A model generated the notes under the pieces. It was not told where the DNA came from. It did not search any database and saw only the letters and a list, made by a program, of their open reading frames with translations. Position numbers and translations under genes: made by a program. 64,000 nt of DNA from Lama guanicoe (taxonomy: Eukaryota): positions 1,414,927-1,478,926 of the forward strand of contig MU053513.1 in assembly GCA_013239625.1 (NCBI GenBank). Direction: 5' to 3'. Position 1 is the first letter of the stretch. Each line of letters begins with the position of its first letter. Positions 25,091 to 37,800 of the stretch are shown here, in pieces.

Positions 25091-27844
25091 CACTGAGCAT
25101 GTGGGGAGCCTTTAAAGATTTTTGTTTGTCTCTCAACCAACTCTTCGCCAGGCTTTTCAAAATCGACGTGTAGAAGGAAAGAACATCTGAAGGCTGAGTT
25201 GCCACACACTTAGAAGCTCTTCACCTGCTTGCAGCATCCCCATACATCATTGGCAACATGATTCAACCAAGCCTAATTGTTTCTATTTTCAGACTAAAGG
25301 GGAAACATGATACAAAGCAGCAACACCACGTGTGGGTGTCAGCATGCTCCTCCCTGCACCCACCAACACAAACACACTCATTCTTTCTAACCTGTCCTAA
25401 AGCAATCTTCTTTCCATGATTAGAAGCTGCATTCATGTTGGAGTTCTTAAAACAAAGTGTTCATAAGAATCTTCCCTCCTTCCCACTGCCACCAGTACTT
25501 CCACTCCCAAGGACAGCAGGAACACTAGCTGGTCAATCCCTGGGCTTTTGCTTAGACTCAGGGCTGTGGTGCAGACAGTCAGACGCCCCTCAGTGGAAAA
25601 CAGCAAGGCCAACTGAAGGCCAAAGTGGCCAGAAACCACTTGGAAACCACTCATGGCCCCGAAACAGTAAATAACATTGTGGGGATTTAACGATTCACTC
25701 TGTTGATGAATCCAGCACACAATTATTTATCTTGCTATGGATTTGTTTTTGCTTTCTGACATCTTTTTAAAAACCAGTTTTGATGAAAGAAAACCTTTTC
25801 TTTAGTCCTCCTGATATTGGTCCCCAGATCTGTTTTCTATACTAAAAGCTGCACAAATAAATTACTCCCATCATAATCCTGATGCAATCTGAATCTCTTT
25901 TATTTAACTACACTGTTTCCCTGTCTTTCAAACAGACACAGTACAGCTGCCTTCCGGGTAGAAGCCAGTGCAAGAGGGGGAGGTGCAACGCAAAGGGGGC
26001 CGAGAGATAGAAGTTTCCCCAATGGGGGTAAGAGAACCGGCCAGAGGCAGGAGAGGGTGGGAGGGCCACGTGGATCTGCACTGCTATGACCATCATTCAA
26101 GCAGCTGCTCTTTCTTTCATCTTCTGAGGGGCGGTTCTTGGCTGCTGGCTTAACTTTCAGAAAGCAATCCCTTCTCCAGGCTTCATGGATCAGCTTGTAC
26201 TTTTGCATCTTATTTTCTTTAGCAAAGAGGAAAGGAATCAGCACTGGAAAGCCTGGGATTCAGGGAAAGTGAATCAACAGCATTATCGTTTTCACCTCAA
26301 TGGGAGATAAGCTCTTTGAGAGCAGAAGCAGAGCACAGGTGGTTCATTATGAAGGATTCGTCTACTAAAATAAGCCAATCAGAGGAGTGTTAGGTTTCTT
26401 TTCAGATCAGACCCTGGCTTTGCTCAGGAGGAGTCTGTAAAGGGTCTGGATTTTTTTGATTTTTCAACAAAACATTGTTTTGGTTTTTTTTTTTTTTTCA
26501 AAGAAACAATCGTTTTCCTGGCTGTGATATGAAGTGCTTTGTTTTACCAGCCTGAGTTAAGCAATTCAGCTTATGACTATAAACAGTCTCTGACTTTTGT
26601 CATTAGAATGAGTTGTTCAAGTGTAAGGTACTCAAAGATAATGTCTTCAATTTAAGCATGATTCTTTCATTCTTTATTCAAGTAAACATGTCTTGGATAA
26701 CTTCTCTAAGTCTGGCATGGACAAGGCTGCTCTCTTAGAGACATTTGCCAAGTAGAGATCTGTGGTAATCCCCTCCTCTCACCCTACCAGTTAACAATGG
26801 CACGTGCTTGAGAAGCAGCTGGCCAGGGTCTCACCTGTGCAATCTGGAACTGGAAAAGCTAACTGACATTAAGGCATGGGCGAGAAGTCATACAGCACCG
26901 CCGCTATGCACACTGAAATTTGCCTGGGTTCAGTTCCCGCATCTACCACTTTTTAGGTCAAGCAGAACAATTTAACCTCAGAGTAATAAATACAAAGGAC
27001 TTAGAGAATGACTTAGCACACAGTACGTACTATACTAAATGTTAAGTTATTATTAAGACCCTGGCTTTAACAGGGCTCTGTCACCACCAAGAGGAATGAT
27101 TAGGGATCCAAAGCCTAGCCTTCCTCCTACTGAAGCAGCACATTGCATGCACTGTTCACCAGCCCCTGCTGCTGCCGCCCTGTGTTGCCAGCAATGCCAC
27201 CACGATGCATGACTGTCCTTCCCCTCTGCCCTCTCCAGCCTCTCCACGCTGCCCTTCCGTCTCCCGGGTGACCTTGTTGCTCTCACAAATATAAGGGAGG
27301 ATTCTCTCTCCACTCTTGATGCATCTCTTTATCAGACTGCTAAGCATGACCTTGCTGTCTTTTTTAGTAAATCTCCCATAAAAGTTTCACCTTTTTAGTT
27401 TCCTGAAGGCCATCTTTCAAGTAACATGATAAAAGCTACCCCCTGGACTAAGTCAGGAAACATTTGAGTAGCAGCTCAAATAGCTCACTCAAAAAGTCCT
27501 TTCCCACTGCTTATAAATTGCTGTTCTGAGGAAGAAGTTGAGCCATCTTACTCCCTAGACACCAGTATCATTACACTTTCTGTTTGTTGCCCCACATCCA
27601 CACACACATGGTCTTGCACCATACCTTAGTGGAGGATTTTACTCTCCTTTTCTTGAGGATCAATCAACAATTCCAAATTCTCGTTATAATATTCTCTGGG
27701 AACCTATCAAGTTCACTTGCAAAAGAGCTCTGAAGCCTGTCTGAGACATGCTAAGGCTCTTGGCATTATAGATTGGTTGGTATTATACAGTAGCCCCTTT
27801 TGGGAGAGCCCCAAACATCTATTTTCCTACTGTTTCCATGTCAG

Positions 27845-28000
27845 TGTTTCCTAACTTAACTGAGAACATTGACATCAAAATCATCTGACTCATCGAAAAC
27901 TTAGATTCTCAGCTGAGTCAGAATCTCTGGGAGCAAGGCTCAGGTCTTTGAATTTTTACAAGCTCTTCTTTCCATGCACTCTAAAGTTTGAGAACGACTA
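27845..28000. mobile_element. MER5-like hAT DNA transposon remnant
   Basis: CAGTGTTTCCTAACTT...GAGTCAGAATCTCTGGG...ATGCACTCTAAAGTTTGAGAACGACT. Confidence 0.6.
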
Positions 28001-28289
28001 TTCTACATCTTTTTGAAACAAGTATTAACCACATTACCAAGCGTTATGTCGATCTGACCAATTAAACTGTTGGAAAGTATTACAGTGATCTTTAACATAA
28101 AACCCTGTATTCCATCCTTCATTATTTAAAGTGTGCTCTTGTTATCAACAAGGTAAAGAACACCTGCAGGGGAGGACAGCTGCTGGTCTCAGGAATCAAG
28201 GAAATCAAGTCTGCATGCTTCCTTTAAGGTAAGATATAGTAAAACACACAACAGCAGCCTATAATAGGAGTCTGAACAGCCGATGGGGT

Positions 28290-28515
28290 AACCTAGTGGT
28301 GGACGAACCTTGCAGTCAGTGAGACTAGGATTCAAACCCCAGTATGGACACTAACTAGCTGGATTATCTTCAACCTTCTTAACCAGTCTGTGGCCTCAAT
28401 TTTCTCGCCTATAAAATTTAGATACCAGGACTGACCTCATAGATTTGTTGTCAGGATTAAGTGAGAGAAGTTAAGTAAGGCATTGGGTACAGGACATGGT
28501 AAATATGTGTTCCTA
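28290..28515 (+). mobile_element. MIR SINE
   Basis: GGATTCAAACCCCAG...ACTAACTAGCTG...GCCTCAATTTTCTCGCCTATAAAAT...ACCTCATAGATTTGTTGTCAGGATTAAGTGAG. Confidence 0.7.
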
Positions 28516-31500
28516 TTTCCAGATGGGAGTCATTCCTGATGGATTCTGAAGTAAACCAAAGAGCTCTCACCTGAATAAAGTCTTCAAGATGGTGAGTGAG
28601 TTACCGGCCAGATGCCACTTTGCCTTCTTTCCAGACATCTGGATACCACAGCAGTGTGTTTGCAAAGCACCACAGAGCAAGACAACATGAAGCCAAAATA
28701 GCCAGACATTCTACCCTACAACTCCCGCCCTAGGGAAGAGTCTAAGGAAAGAACAGCGAAACCAGGGTATGAGATGGAGCGTTCAAGGCGGGGGCAGATT
28801 CACTCAACAAACAGTTATAGGACACACGTGCCAGGCACTGTTTGGAGATGGGAGTAGAGCACAGACCGAAATGGACAAAAATTCTTCCCATCTCTAGTGC
28901 AGGGAAGCAGGCAAAAAAAATAACTAAATTAATAAAATATACAGCATATGTGATTGTGAGATGTACTATGAGGAAAATCAAGCACAAAATGGGAATAAGC
29001 AGAGCCAGGGTGGAAGGCAGTTTGTCATGACAAAGAAGGAAAACCCCTGCATGGCTCCATCAGTATCATCCCCTGCCCCGCCCTAAATCCACAAGTGAAA
29101 GGTGACCACAGCATTAATTAAGACTCAGAAACTATTTTCTGAATGAATGGCGTGCCTCAAGAAGAAAGTAAAATCTCAGAGAATAAAGCAACCTTTCCAC
29201 ACCTGTTTCGACTGGATAGAATTGGTGCTTGGTACACTGAAACACACAACAGATAGTTGTTGCATAAATCAGTGGCTTGGCAAATAAGTCAGGGATTACC
29301 GCCTCTCAAGAGGAGTGATTACAGCTCATCCACAGAGCCAGACTGCTCTGTGCAATGACTGCAACCTCCGAAATAAGAATCACAACACATACCTGGTTGC
29401 TTGCTTACACTCTGTATTCTCCCAAGCACTCTCTGTGGATTATCTCATTTGAACCCTTCAACAATATGGGAGATTCAGGTGCAGAACTGCCCAATAAAGG
29501 ACCTGCAGAAGCCTTCTCTGTTGAGTAGAGCCCTTCCCTGTTGAGATGTGCATCCTTAACAGTCAGTAAGTCTGGTCTTAAGTAGACTTCAGAGCAAGGA
29601 TTCTGATTACCAATGGATCAGGTACTCTTCAAATTGTCAAACACAGATGGTCACATTTTCCCATCCAGCTGCCAGTCGCTTCTCAGCAAAGCATGTTTCT
29701 GATAACCTTCCAGTCTAGACTCAGAGCTACGTAGTGTCCTTTTTCTCTCGGTCTTTCTACTGGTGTTACCCAGCACTCACTGTGTCCAAAGCTCGAGATG
29801 CAATCAGAGGTCCCTGCCGTCCAGGAGTATATACAATTATACCCTGAAAGAAAGCTCACTCTTCAGAGTGAAACAAAGGAAAACAACGCACTCACCCTGG
29901 GGCGCATCGACAGAGGCAAGAGAGGACTGAAGTCTTGGATTTACACCTTTGGAGGCTAATTTTCATTTCCAGTTTGGAGAACCACTGAAAGGGGTGAGAA
30001 CAGAGAGAGACCCGTGGGTCAGAAAGGAGGGCAGCTCTGCACCTCGTGGGGAAGAGCTGGGTGGGGCTGTGCTCTGGCCGCACCAAACAAGAGCCACAGA
30101 AGGGCCGCGGCATGAACCTCACCGGCCGCCGGTTGCTAAGGGAAAGCCCATCACAGACAAAGCCAGTAGAGCCCACGCCTGCCCTGCTGGGTCCCATTCT
30201 GAAGATTCAAGAGCTGAAAATCAGTGCTGAATTATCGGTCAGAGCTACCAAAACCTAAACCAGAATTAAGAGAGAATTAGATTTACTGGGAAAACAAACT
30301 GCTTACAAAGGTAGTACTGTAACCAGTTCTGAGAACAAACAGTGCCCTTTTATTCTTTTCTTCCGGAGTTTGAAAAGAAAAGAGGCAGCAATTAGAGAAG
30401 AAGTGGAGGCAACAGTGCAGATGCAGGGACAGACTGCAGGGAGGGGCCCAGGCCCCTGTGCCAGGCGTGGTCCGAGATGGATGCCAATCTGCTCAAGTTA
30501 TTCCTCCCCTGAAACCCCACAGAGGCCTCCCACTGTCCTTTAAACAAAGCCCAAACTCCTTCACCTCACCCACAGAGACTTGCAAAACCTAGTCCTCTTC
30601 TTAGCTTTATCTCCCCACCCACCTCTTCCCTTCATCCACTCTGACCCAGGTCCTCACAGGTGCCTGGATCCCCGCCGCCGTCAGGTCATCATGCAGACCA
30701 CTCTTCCCCTCCCCATCTGCATCTGACTGCCACCTGCTCATTCTTCAGATCTTGGCTTAAATGTCTTTTCTGCAAAGAAACTTTCCTTACCCTGGTCTAG
30801 GTTAGGTCCCCTTGCTCTGTTCGCATAATCCCTTATATTTCCTGACAAGTTACTGGCTCTACTCTCAACAGTCAGTGTGTTTGAGACGCACCAGTAGTGC
30901 TCGTCTATAATGCCTTTGACTTGAGGAGGGACTCTTCAGGGCAGAGAGAAAAAGCTCATGCTGGTCCATGGTGAAACATCACAGAGCAGCTACGCTCTGG
31001 GGCCTGTGACCTTCCCTCCAGGTCACAGGACTGCGTTGCATTTTCAGGGCAGGCCAGCTAGCACAGGCCAGCTGTGGGTAAGGGAAGCGTGGACTAGTGA
31101 CAACCGAAGGTGCCCTCCCTGAGCCTGGCGAATCTCCTCGTTTGTACCCACACCCGCCCCCAGGTATGCTGGGAGAGCCTAGTCAAAGGCAAACAGCTCA
31201 CTCAGAGGGTGCTTGTCTTAAACTCTTATTCACCACTAGTACCTCAACAGCAATTCGTTTAGCTTTTGCTCACTCTGCTCTCACGCCCAGATTCCTCTCA
31301 GCTCTCTCCCTCCTCCAGGTCTTCCTCTTCTCAGTAGTCCAAATTCACTTTCTAAACCGAAGTTGGGTTGTATAATGCCGCTGCTTAAAACACTTTGACG
31401 CATCCAGATGTTTGTAGAACAAACTACTTTGTTAGCATGATCCACAAGGTCCAGAACCCACTCCCCATAATTTGTCCTGTGCTCTCACCCACCACCTCCC

Positions 31501-34500
31501 AAGCCACCTTCCCCTTCATGCCTTCCTACCCTTCTGGTTATTGTCTCCACCTGGTAAGCCCCTCACTGCCTTAACTATAGAGCAAACCCTCATCAGTTCT
31601 TAAGTCCCAAGGAAATATTCTCTCTTCTCTCAGTTTCCCTAGAAAACTTCTCCTGCAACATCCCCTGTAACATTGTATTTTGGTCCTTTCTTTACCTCTT
31701 GGTCCCCTCCAGGACAAGGACTGTATTTTACTCACCAGTGGATTTTCATCTATTGCATAGAAGAGATGCCCAATTGGTATTTGTTGAGTTGGACTGACTT
31801 GAGTCATCTGATGTCTGTCTTGCCTTCAGGGCAGACTCAAATCACACCTTCTTCCAGAATATGTCCTAAGCTATCCTAACTGTAGGTTCAGTCTATGGCT
31901 TGAGTCAACCTAGTTGCTCCCTCTAACCAACTTCAAAACTCCAAAGCAGCCCCAAACTCTACTCCAGGACCCCGTGTGAACTGAGACAAGTGATCTCCTG
32001 GTAATGATAGTCCACATTCCAGAATTCAGCATCAAATCGCCCTTGCCACTAGTCCAATTGTGCATTGATTTATCTGTTTGTTTAATAAACATTTAAAAGC
32101 CTGTTTTGCACCAGGCCCTATATTAAGTGCGAAAGAAATAAGGATGAAGACATTATGAGCTGGGCCCTCAGGGAGCCTTACAGCCAGAGGGGGAGGGCGT
32201 GTGAACAGGCAATCCTGCTGCAGATTCTCTATCATATTTTGCCCAATCCCCAGTCTCTCTGCTCCATTTCTTGTCCTTGGGATTCTCTCTGCCTTGGTTC
32301 TTGTTCCAGAAACCCCAGCTCTCTTCCCAGGCTGGAAATTGAAATCCTACTTGTAATCCTACTGTCAGGACAAAACACTTGTCCCCAGTTTTCTTTTCCA
32401 CATAACTAGCCCTTCTGCAAATCACTCTTTGTAGAGTGAGAGAAGTCCAGCATCTTCACAGGGTCACTGATCCCTTGTTTCAGGGCTCTCTGACCTGGAT
32501 CTCAAGTCTGGCATCTAATATGAATTATCCAGCGCTCTTTAACTAAGTACACAAGATCCTCTGTATATCCTATTTAAACAGATAACCCCAGGTTCCATCC
32601 CCCAGATATTCTAATTATCTGTATTTATTGCAAGTCTCCCAGGTGATTTTGAAATGGATGGTCCAGGGACTTTAAGAAGCATTGTCATAAGATTCACATG
32701 TTCACATAAGTTTTAAAATCATCTGCACTATCTGAAGCTCACCCACCACCAGTTTGGACCCTACAAACCTTCAATGACTGGGCTGATTTCTCAAGTCTCC
32801 TGCCAAAGGAAGTGGAATCCAGCCAGCAGAAGATCTACTGTGCACCACTGTCTGCTTTGACTGTTGAATACTGTCATCCTCTAAATAAGTCCTCATCACT
32901 GACCACTGCCTACCTACTGGGACATCTTAGATGCCTTATCTTGGCTTTTTTGCCAATTACTTCCTTGGATGCTTATCTATTTCCATTACCACCGAGATAC
33001 CGTGTTTTGTCCATCGATACCTGAAAGTCAGCCATTCTCGCATCCTCCTATCTTCTGTCCCTGTCTAACCAGGTTTGGCTGCAGGTTCCAGACCTCCCTA
33101 GCTAGTCTGTTAAAGTGCAAATTATTGATTGTGTCTGCTCAAGTCCTCAGAAATCCCACTCCATGATCACATTTTCTTTATCTGAAATCCCACAGCACCA
33201 ATTGTCTGCATCACTCATTGACACTTGCCGTGTCTAATCCTGTTATCAATGTCCTATCTTCCCAGTGAGATTGTAAATTAATATTACTGAGAATTTGCAA
33301 GTTAAATAATCATATATGCCCTAATGTTGGGAGACACCAAACAATAAATTTATAATAAAAGTAAAGGTCCAGAGGAACTTATATTGCTGGAAAAATCAGG
33401 CTTAGAGGAAATGGTAGAGTTCACTTTGTGAGTTCCCAGGGGAAAAAAAAAAAAGATTTTAACCATCTTCATAAGAGTTTCCATTGATTGAGGACCAATT
33501 TTGTGTCAGGCACTGAACTAGCTGTATCACGTCTTTCTTCTAATCCTCACAACCATCCTTTGAAGAAACAGAGGCTCAGGGAAGTCCAAAATTTTCCCCC
33601 ACTGACAGTGGAGAACTTCCATGCTCAAGCAGAGAAGCATTTTTTACCACCACCAACTTGAATTTGGCTCATTTTTACTTAGTAAGATGTTGCTAAATTT
33701 GTGTTCAATTTTTTATTTGTCTTCAGAGTTCTTCTTAGCTTTCAAATGATTAACTCATCTAAAGGAGTGGCTTACAGCTTGTCTGAATTATAAGGAGACC
33801 ACTAGTGCTCATACTGACAGGTTATTGGATCTTTAAGCTAGAACTATAAAGACATTGCAGAAGCTTCCAAATATCCTTAAGGAACTGCCTGAGAATTTAA
33901 AAACGTGTCCTGGAGTTCACACTGAGGTCTTATTGGTGACACTGGAAATGCTGTGTCAGTCAGTCACAGGGTTTTCATAATGATGCCAAAAATATGGGTC
34001 AACTTTCTAAACCTGTTCAGCTTGCTTTGTCATTTATTATGGACTTCATAGCTTGTTAACAAATGTTAATTTTATTTATTGACAGAATTTGCAGCCTTGC
34101 TAAATTTTAAAAGTACTTAAAAAACTAATGCAAACCTATAGAACTGGCCTCTTTTTCCAATGTGTAGAATTTGACTCAAAAATTAAAAAAACACTGCTTT
34201 CATTCACATTTATTATTTTTGTTCTAAAAGTGATATTACTTCTTTATATTGTACTTATAAAACTTTTTAATTTAAACATTTTTTTTTCAAATAACAATGT
34301 AATGTCCTCCATTCTAGGTGTTCTGGCTCTTAGAATCATGGCAAGAATATTCATGCAAATGTGCACCTATAAACATGTATCTTCCTGTTTCCTCTCTGTA
34401 GACAATTGAAATAAAATACTCATTTTAGTTTTATGCATTTCTAAAATAAATATTTCAAAGTGAGAAAAAAAAACAAGCTCACAGCTAGAAAGTGAAAGGG

Positions 34501-35214
34501 TTGAGATAACAATTTAGGCTGATTCCAAAGCCCATGGTCTTTCTACTACACTATAAATCAAGGAAAAAATTACCACCAACTCCTCAATTTTACCAGAGCT
34601 ATTAATAGAGCACACTATTCCCCCAAAAGACTCTAATATCACTTGGGCATTTCTAACAGGTTCAAAAAAGCATAGGAAAGGAGAAGTTTTTCTGGAATAA
34701 TCCGGGAAGAGCATGCCGCTGAGTTTACAGAGCGCTCAGGGGAACTGTTCCACCCAACAGCTGTGTTCATGCCTCTGTTCAACTCAGTGGTACTAAAGCA
34801 AAAAGAACTCCAGACATTTTAGTATTGTTTTCTCTTTGGAGAATCTGACTTCTACTTAATAGGACAAGAAAACAGCCCACCGAGCAGATTGCTACATGGC
34901 GGCTCATCCTAATAAGGCTTTATGGCTGAGCTTCTGTAGTTTCTGTCTGCTTGAAAGATCCCCTTGCCCCTTTCCTAACTGCAGGGGCTGCCCCAGCATG
35001 AACACTGGATTACTAGCCCTGGTTGAAGAGCACTTAGAGCCAGGCTGGCCAGAACACCTGCCTGGCTTCCAGGCAGCTGCGAGAGATGCCAAGAATTAAT
35101 TAAGTGATGCCAATGGGAGTTGTAAGCCGGAGATAAGGGCACCACAAAGCCTGGAAGCACATGCAGCACGGCCACCAAGCGCACACTCCCTGGCACTCCG
35201 GCTGCCGTGCGAGC

Positions 35215-35400
35215 AGTGATGAGAGCGTTGGGTTTGGAGTCACAAGCCCAGGGCTGGGTCTGTGGGAACTCGGGTCTTGCCAATCTTTCTGAGACTAATT
35301 CCTCATCTGTAAATGAGAAGAACAGTCCCTGCACTGTGCATTGCCGAGGTCTTTGTGAGGCTCAAATGAGGTGCTTGTCTGTGAAAGCTCCACAAAGACT
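35215..35400 (+). mobile_element. MIR SINE
   Basis: TTTGGAGTCACAAGCCCAGG...TTCCTCATCTGTAAATGAGAAGAACAG...TGTGAGGCTCAAATGAG. Confidence 0.65.
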
Positions 35401-36987
35401 ATAACTGGAATAAATGCCTCCCTCAAGGGCTCCCATGGCAATCTGTGCTTCCCCAACGTGCGCTGGTCTTACTTTGCAGTCATTACTCCCTTGTCAGTCT
35501 TTCTCATTTCTATTGTATATACCATAAGGACAGGGACAGCATCAAAATTTCTCATCGCTGTCTCCTATCATCTCCCACAGAGCTGAGCGCTTGGTTGGTG
35601 CTCAATAAATATTCGTGAGATGAATGCATAGATGCTAAACGCCGTCCCAAGGAGTGTTCTTTATTTTATGGACATTTCATGCTGTGGTAAAATAAGTCCC
35701 ATGTCACCATCACTGCCTTAATTTATGTCAGATATTGGCAACTCCTTTTTCACTTAACGACTTGTTTCACACAGAGAGGCGGTCCTCAAGATGTATCTAG
35801 TCCAAAGAGAATAAGACACGTACAAATGAAAAATCAAGTAACAACAAACACAGTAAATGCCATTTCTAACAAGTTCTCCTCTTTATTTCAACTTTTTCAA
35901 AGAATTAACCTCGGAGGTACTTCCCAACATTTTTAAACTGCAAGTTTCTATCTATATAGACCATGGACTGATTAGTATGACCTGATGGACTATTTTAAAT
36001 ATAAATCCCAGACTTTTCGTGGAGGAGTGACTAGTTTCTAAAAGCTCTAAGGACCAGAAGTAGCGGTGTAGAGGAGGGGGGCAGAAGTGGGTCAGAGGAT
36101 GCCTCTGTACATCCCAGTGAGTCTTTTTTGTAGAAATAACTATCCAGATTCAAAACATAAAGGTAGGTTCTATCATTTGCTAAGAGCTACATGCAGTGAG
36201 AACAAATTGGAAAGCAAACACAAAGCATAGGTTCAATGTCCCAATATTTTCAGTACCTTGAAATTACAAATGTTTTTAGCTGCTTTCGTACGGAACAAAT
36301 ATGCAGACTAACCTAACCTTGAACAGGACACAAGGGTTTCTTCTGAGGGGTATTCTCTGTGACAGGTCTTCGGGGGTACCTGAGGACAAGGGCATCATAT
36401 GACACCCAGGAAAGTTGGAGACACTTCTGGCAAGGAAGGGCTTAGTGACGTCTTTATCACTCTTGGGAAGAGCGAGCAGGAGAAAGTAAAGTGGTGGAAA
36501 CAAGCTGCGAGTTCTAATAAAAACGGCTTCCAATAGTCTCGTGATAGCAATTGATCAACTAGTGGACCCTGAAATAATTAAGTTTGCAAAGACAGACTGT
36601 GGAGTTCCTTCATCATTTCTAATACCTCCTGTAAAAAAAAAAAACCAGCAAATTATGATGTGTAGAAATCCCCCTGTATTCATCATCCAACAAATAATTC
36701 TGAGATTGAATCTCAGTATTACTTACTTGCTAAAAGTTAATTTTAAACTTTTACCTGGAATTATGCCTATGCTAGACACTTTGGGGAGTACAATAGACCT
36801 TTGTCATTATCTGATGCCATATTAGGTTAACTCTGTTATCTGTTTTTTTTTTTTCTAGAATAACCAGAATTTCAGTTCTCCAACTTTTTGGTCTCAGGAC
36901 CCCTTTATATTCTTAAAAATTATTATGAGCCCACAAGGAGCTTTGGTTTATGGAGAATAAATCTATAAATACTTACTGTATTAGAAT

Positions 36988-37800
36988 GAATATAAAGTTT
37001 CAGTTATGCAAGATGAATAAGTTATAAAGATCTGCTGTACATCACAGTGCCCATCATTAAGAACACGATGCTGTGCACTTGACATTTTTGCAAAGAGGGC
37101 AGATTCCATGTTAAGTGTTCTTACCATAACAAAAGGGGCAGAGGGACATGAAGAAACTCTTGGAGGTCACAGATAGGTTTATCACCTTGACTGTGCTGTA
37201 GACTGAAATGAACTCACACAGCATGAGAGTTGTGGGTTAAGTTTTATTTGGGGCAAAATGAGGACTATAGCCCAGGAGGCAGCATCTCAGCTGTGAGGAA
37301 CTGCTCCAAAGAGGCAGGAGGAGAACTCGGTATTACGTGTGGTTTCCGTGAAGGGGGACGTGCATCAAGCACACACTTAGGCAGAGGCTGCTGCTAGTCA
37401 GGAGGAGCAGATGTCACTGTTTATGATTTTAGTGCTCTTCTAGATATGAGAAAACACAAGAATTTGGGCTTATAACATCTTCTCCTGAAAATATCTAACT
37501 ATCTGAAGGCCTGTTCATCCAGTTTTCCTGAAGCACAGAGCGCCTTATTCCTGACCTCCACCCTGAACTCCTTTCAGGTTGGATTGGAGGTCAGTGGCTG
37601 CAGTGGCTCATGATTTAATCCAAGCAGAGGCAGGTGGTGAGTGGCAACATGACCCAGTCCTTGTAGAGACAAGTGCCAATTTTTCAGTCAACAGTGCTGA
37701 TGGTTTGATGGGTGTATGCAAATATCCCAACTCATCAAGTTGTATACAGGAAATCGGTGCAGTATTTTGTATATTCATTTTACCTTAATAAAGCTGTTTT
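36988..37800 (+). mobile_element. L1MA/MB-like 3' end split by an LTR
   Basis: ATAAAGTTTCAGTTATGCAAGATGAATAAGTT...ACCTTGACTGTGC | TGATGGTTTGATGGGTGTATGC...CCTTAATAAAGCTG joins seamlessly once the LTR is removed. Confidence 0.8.
37197..37693 (-). mobile_element. ERV1-class solo LTR with 4-bp TSD
   Basis: TGTAGACTGAAA...TTTCAGTCAACA inverted termini; TSD GTGC at 37193-37196 and 37694-37697; antisense AATAAA at ~37243-37248. Confidence 0.88.

Noticed and set aside
29781..29843. 63-nt minus-strand candidate exon with open frame
   Set aside because: Looks like an L2 3' remnant, peptide is unrecognisable, and the intron from the 29896 donor would be only ~52 nt
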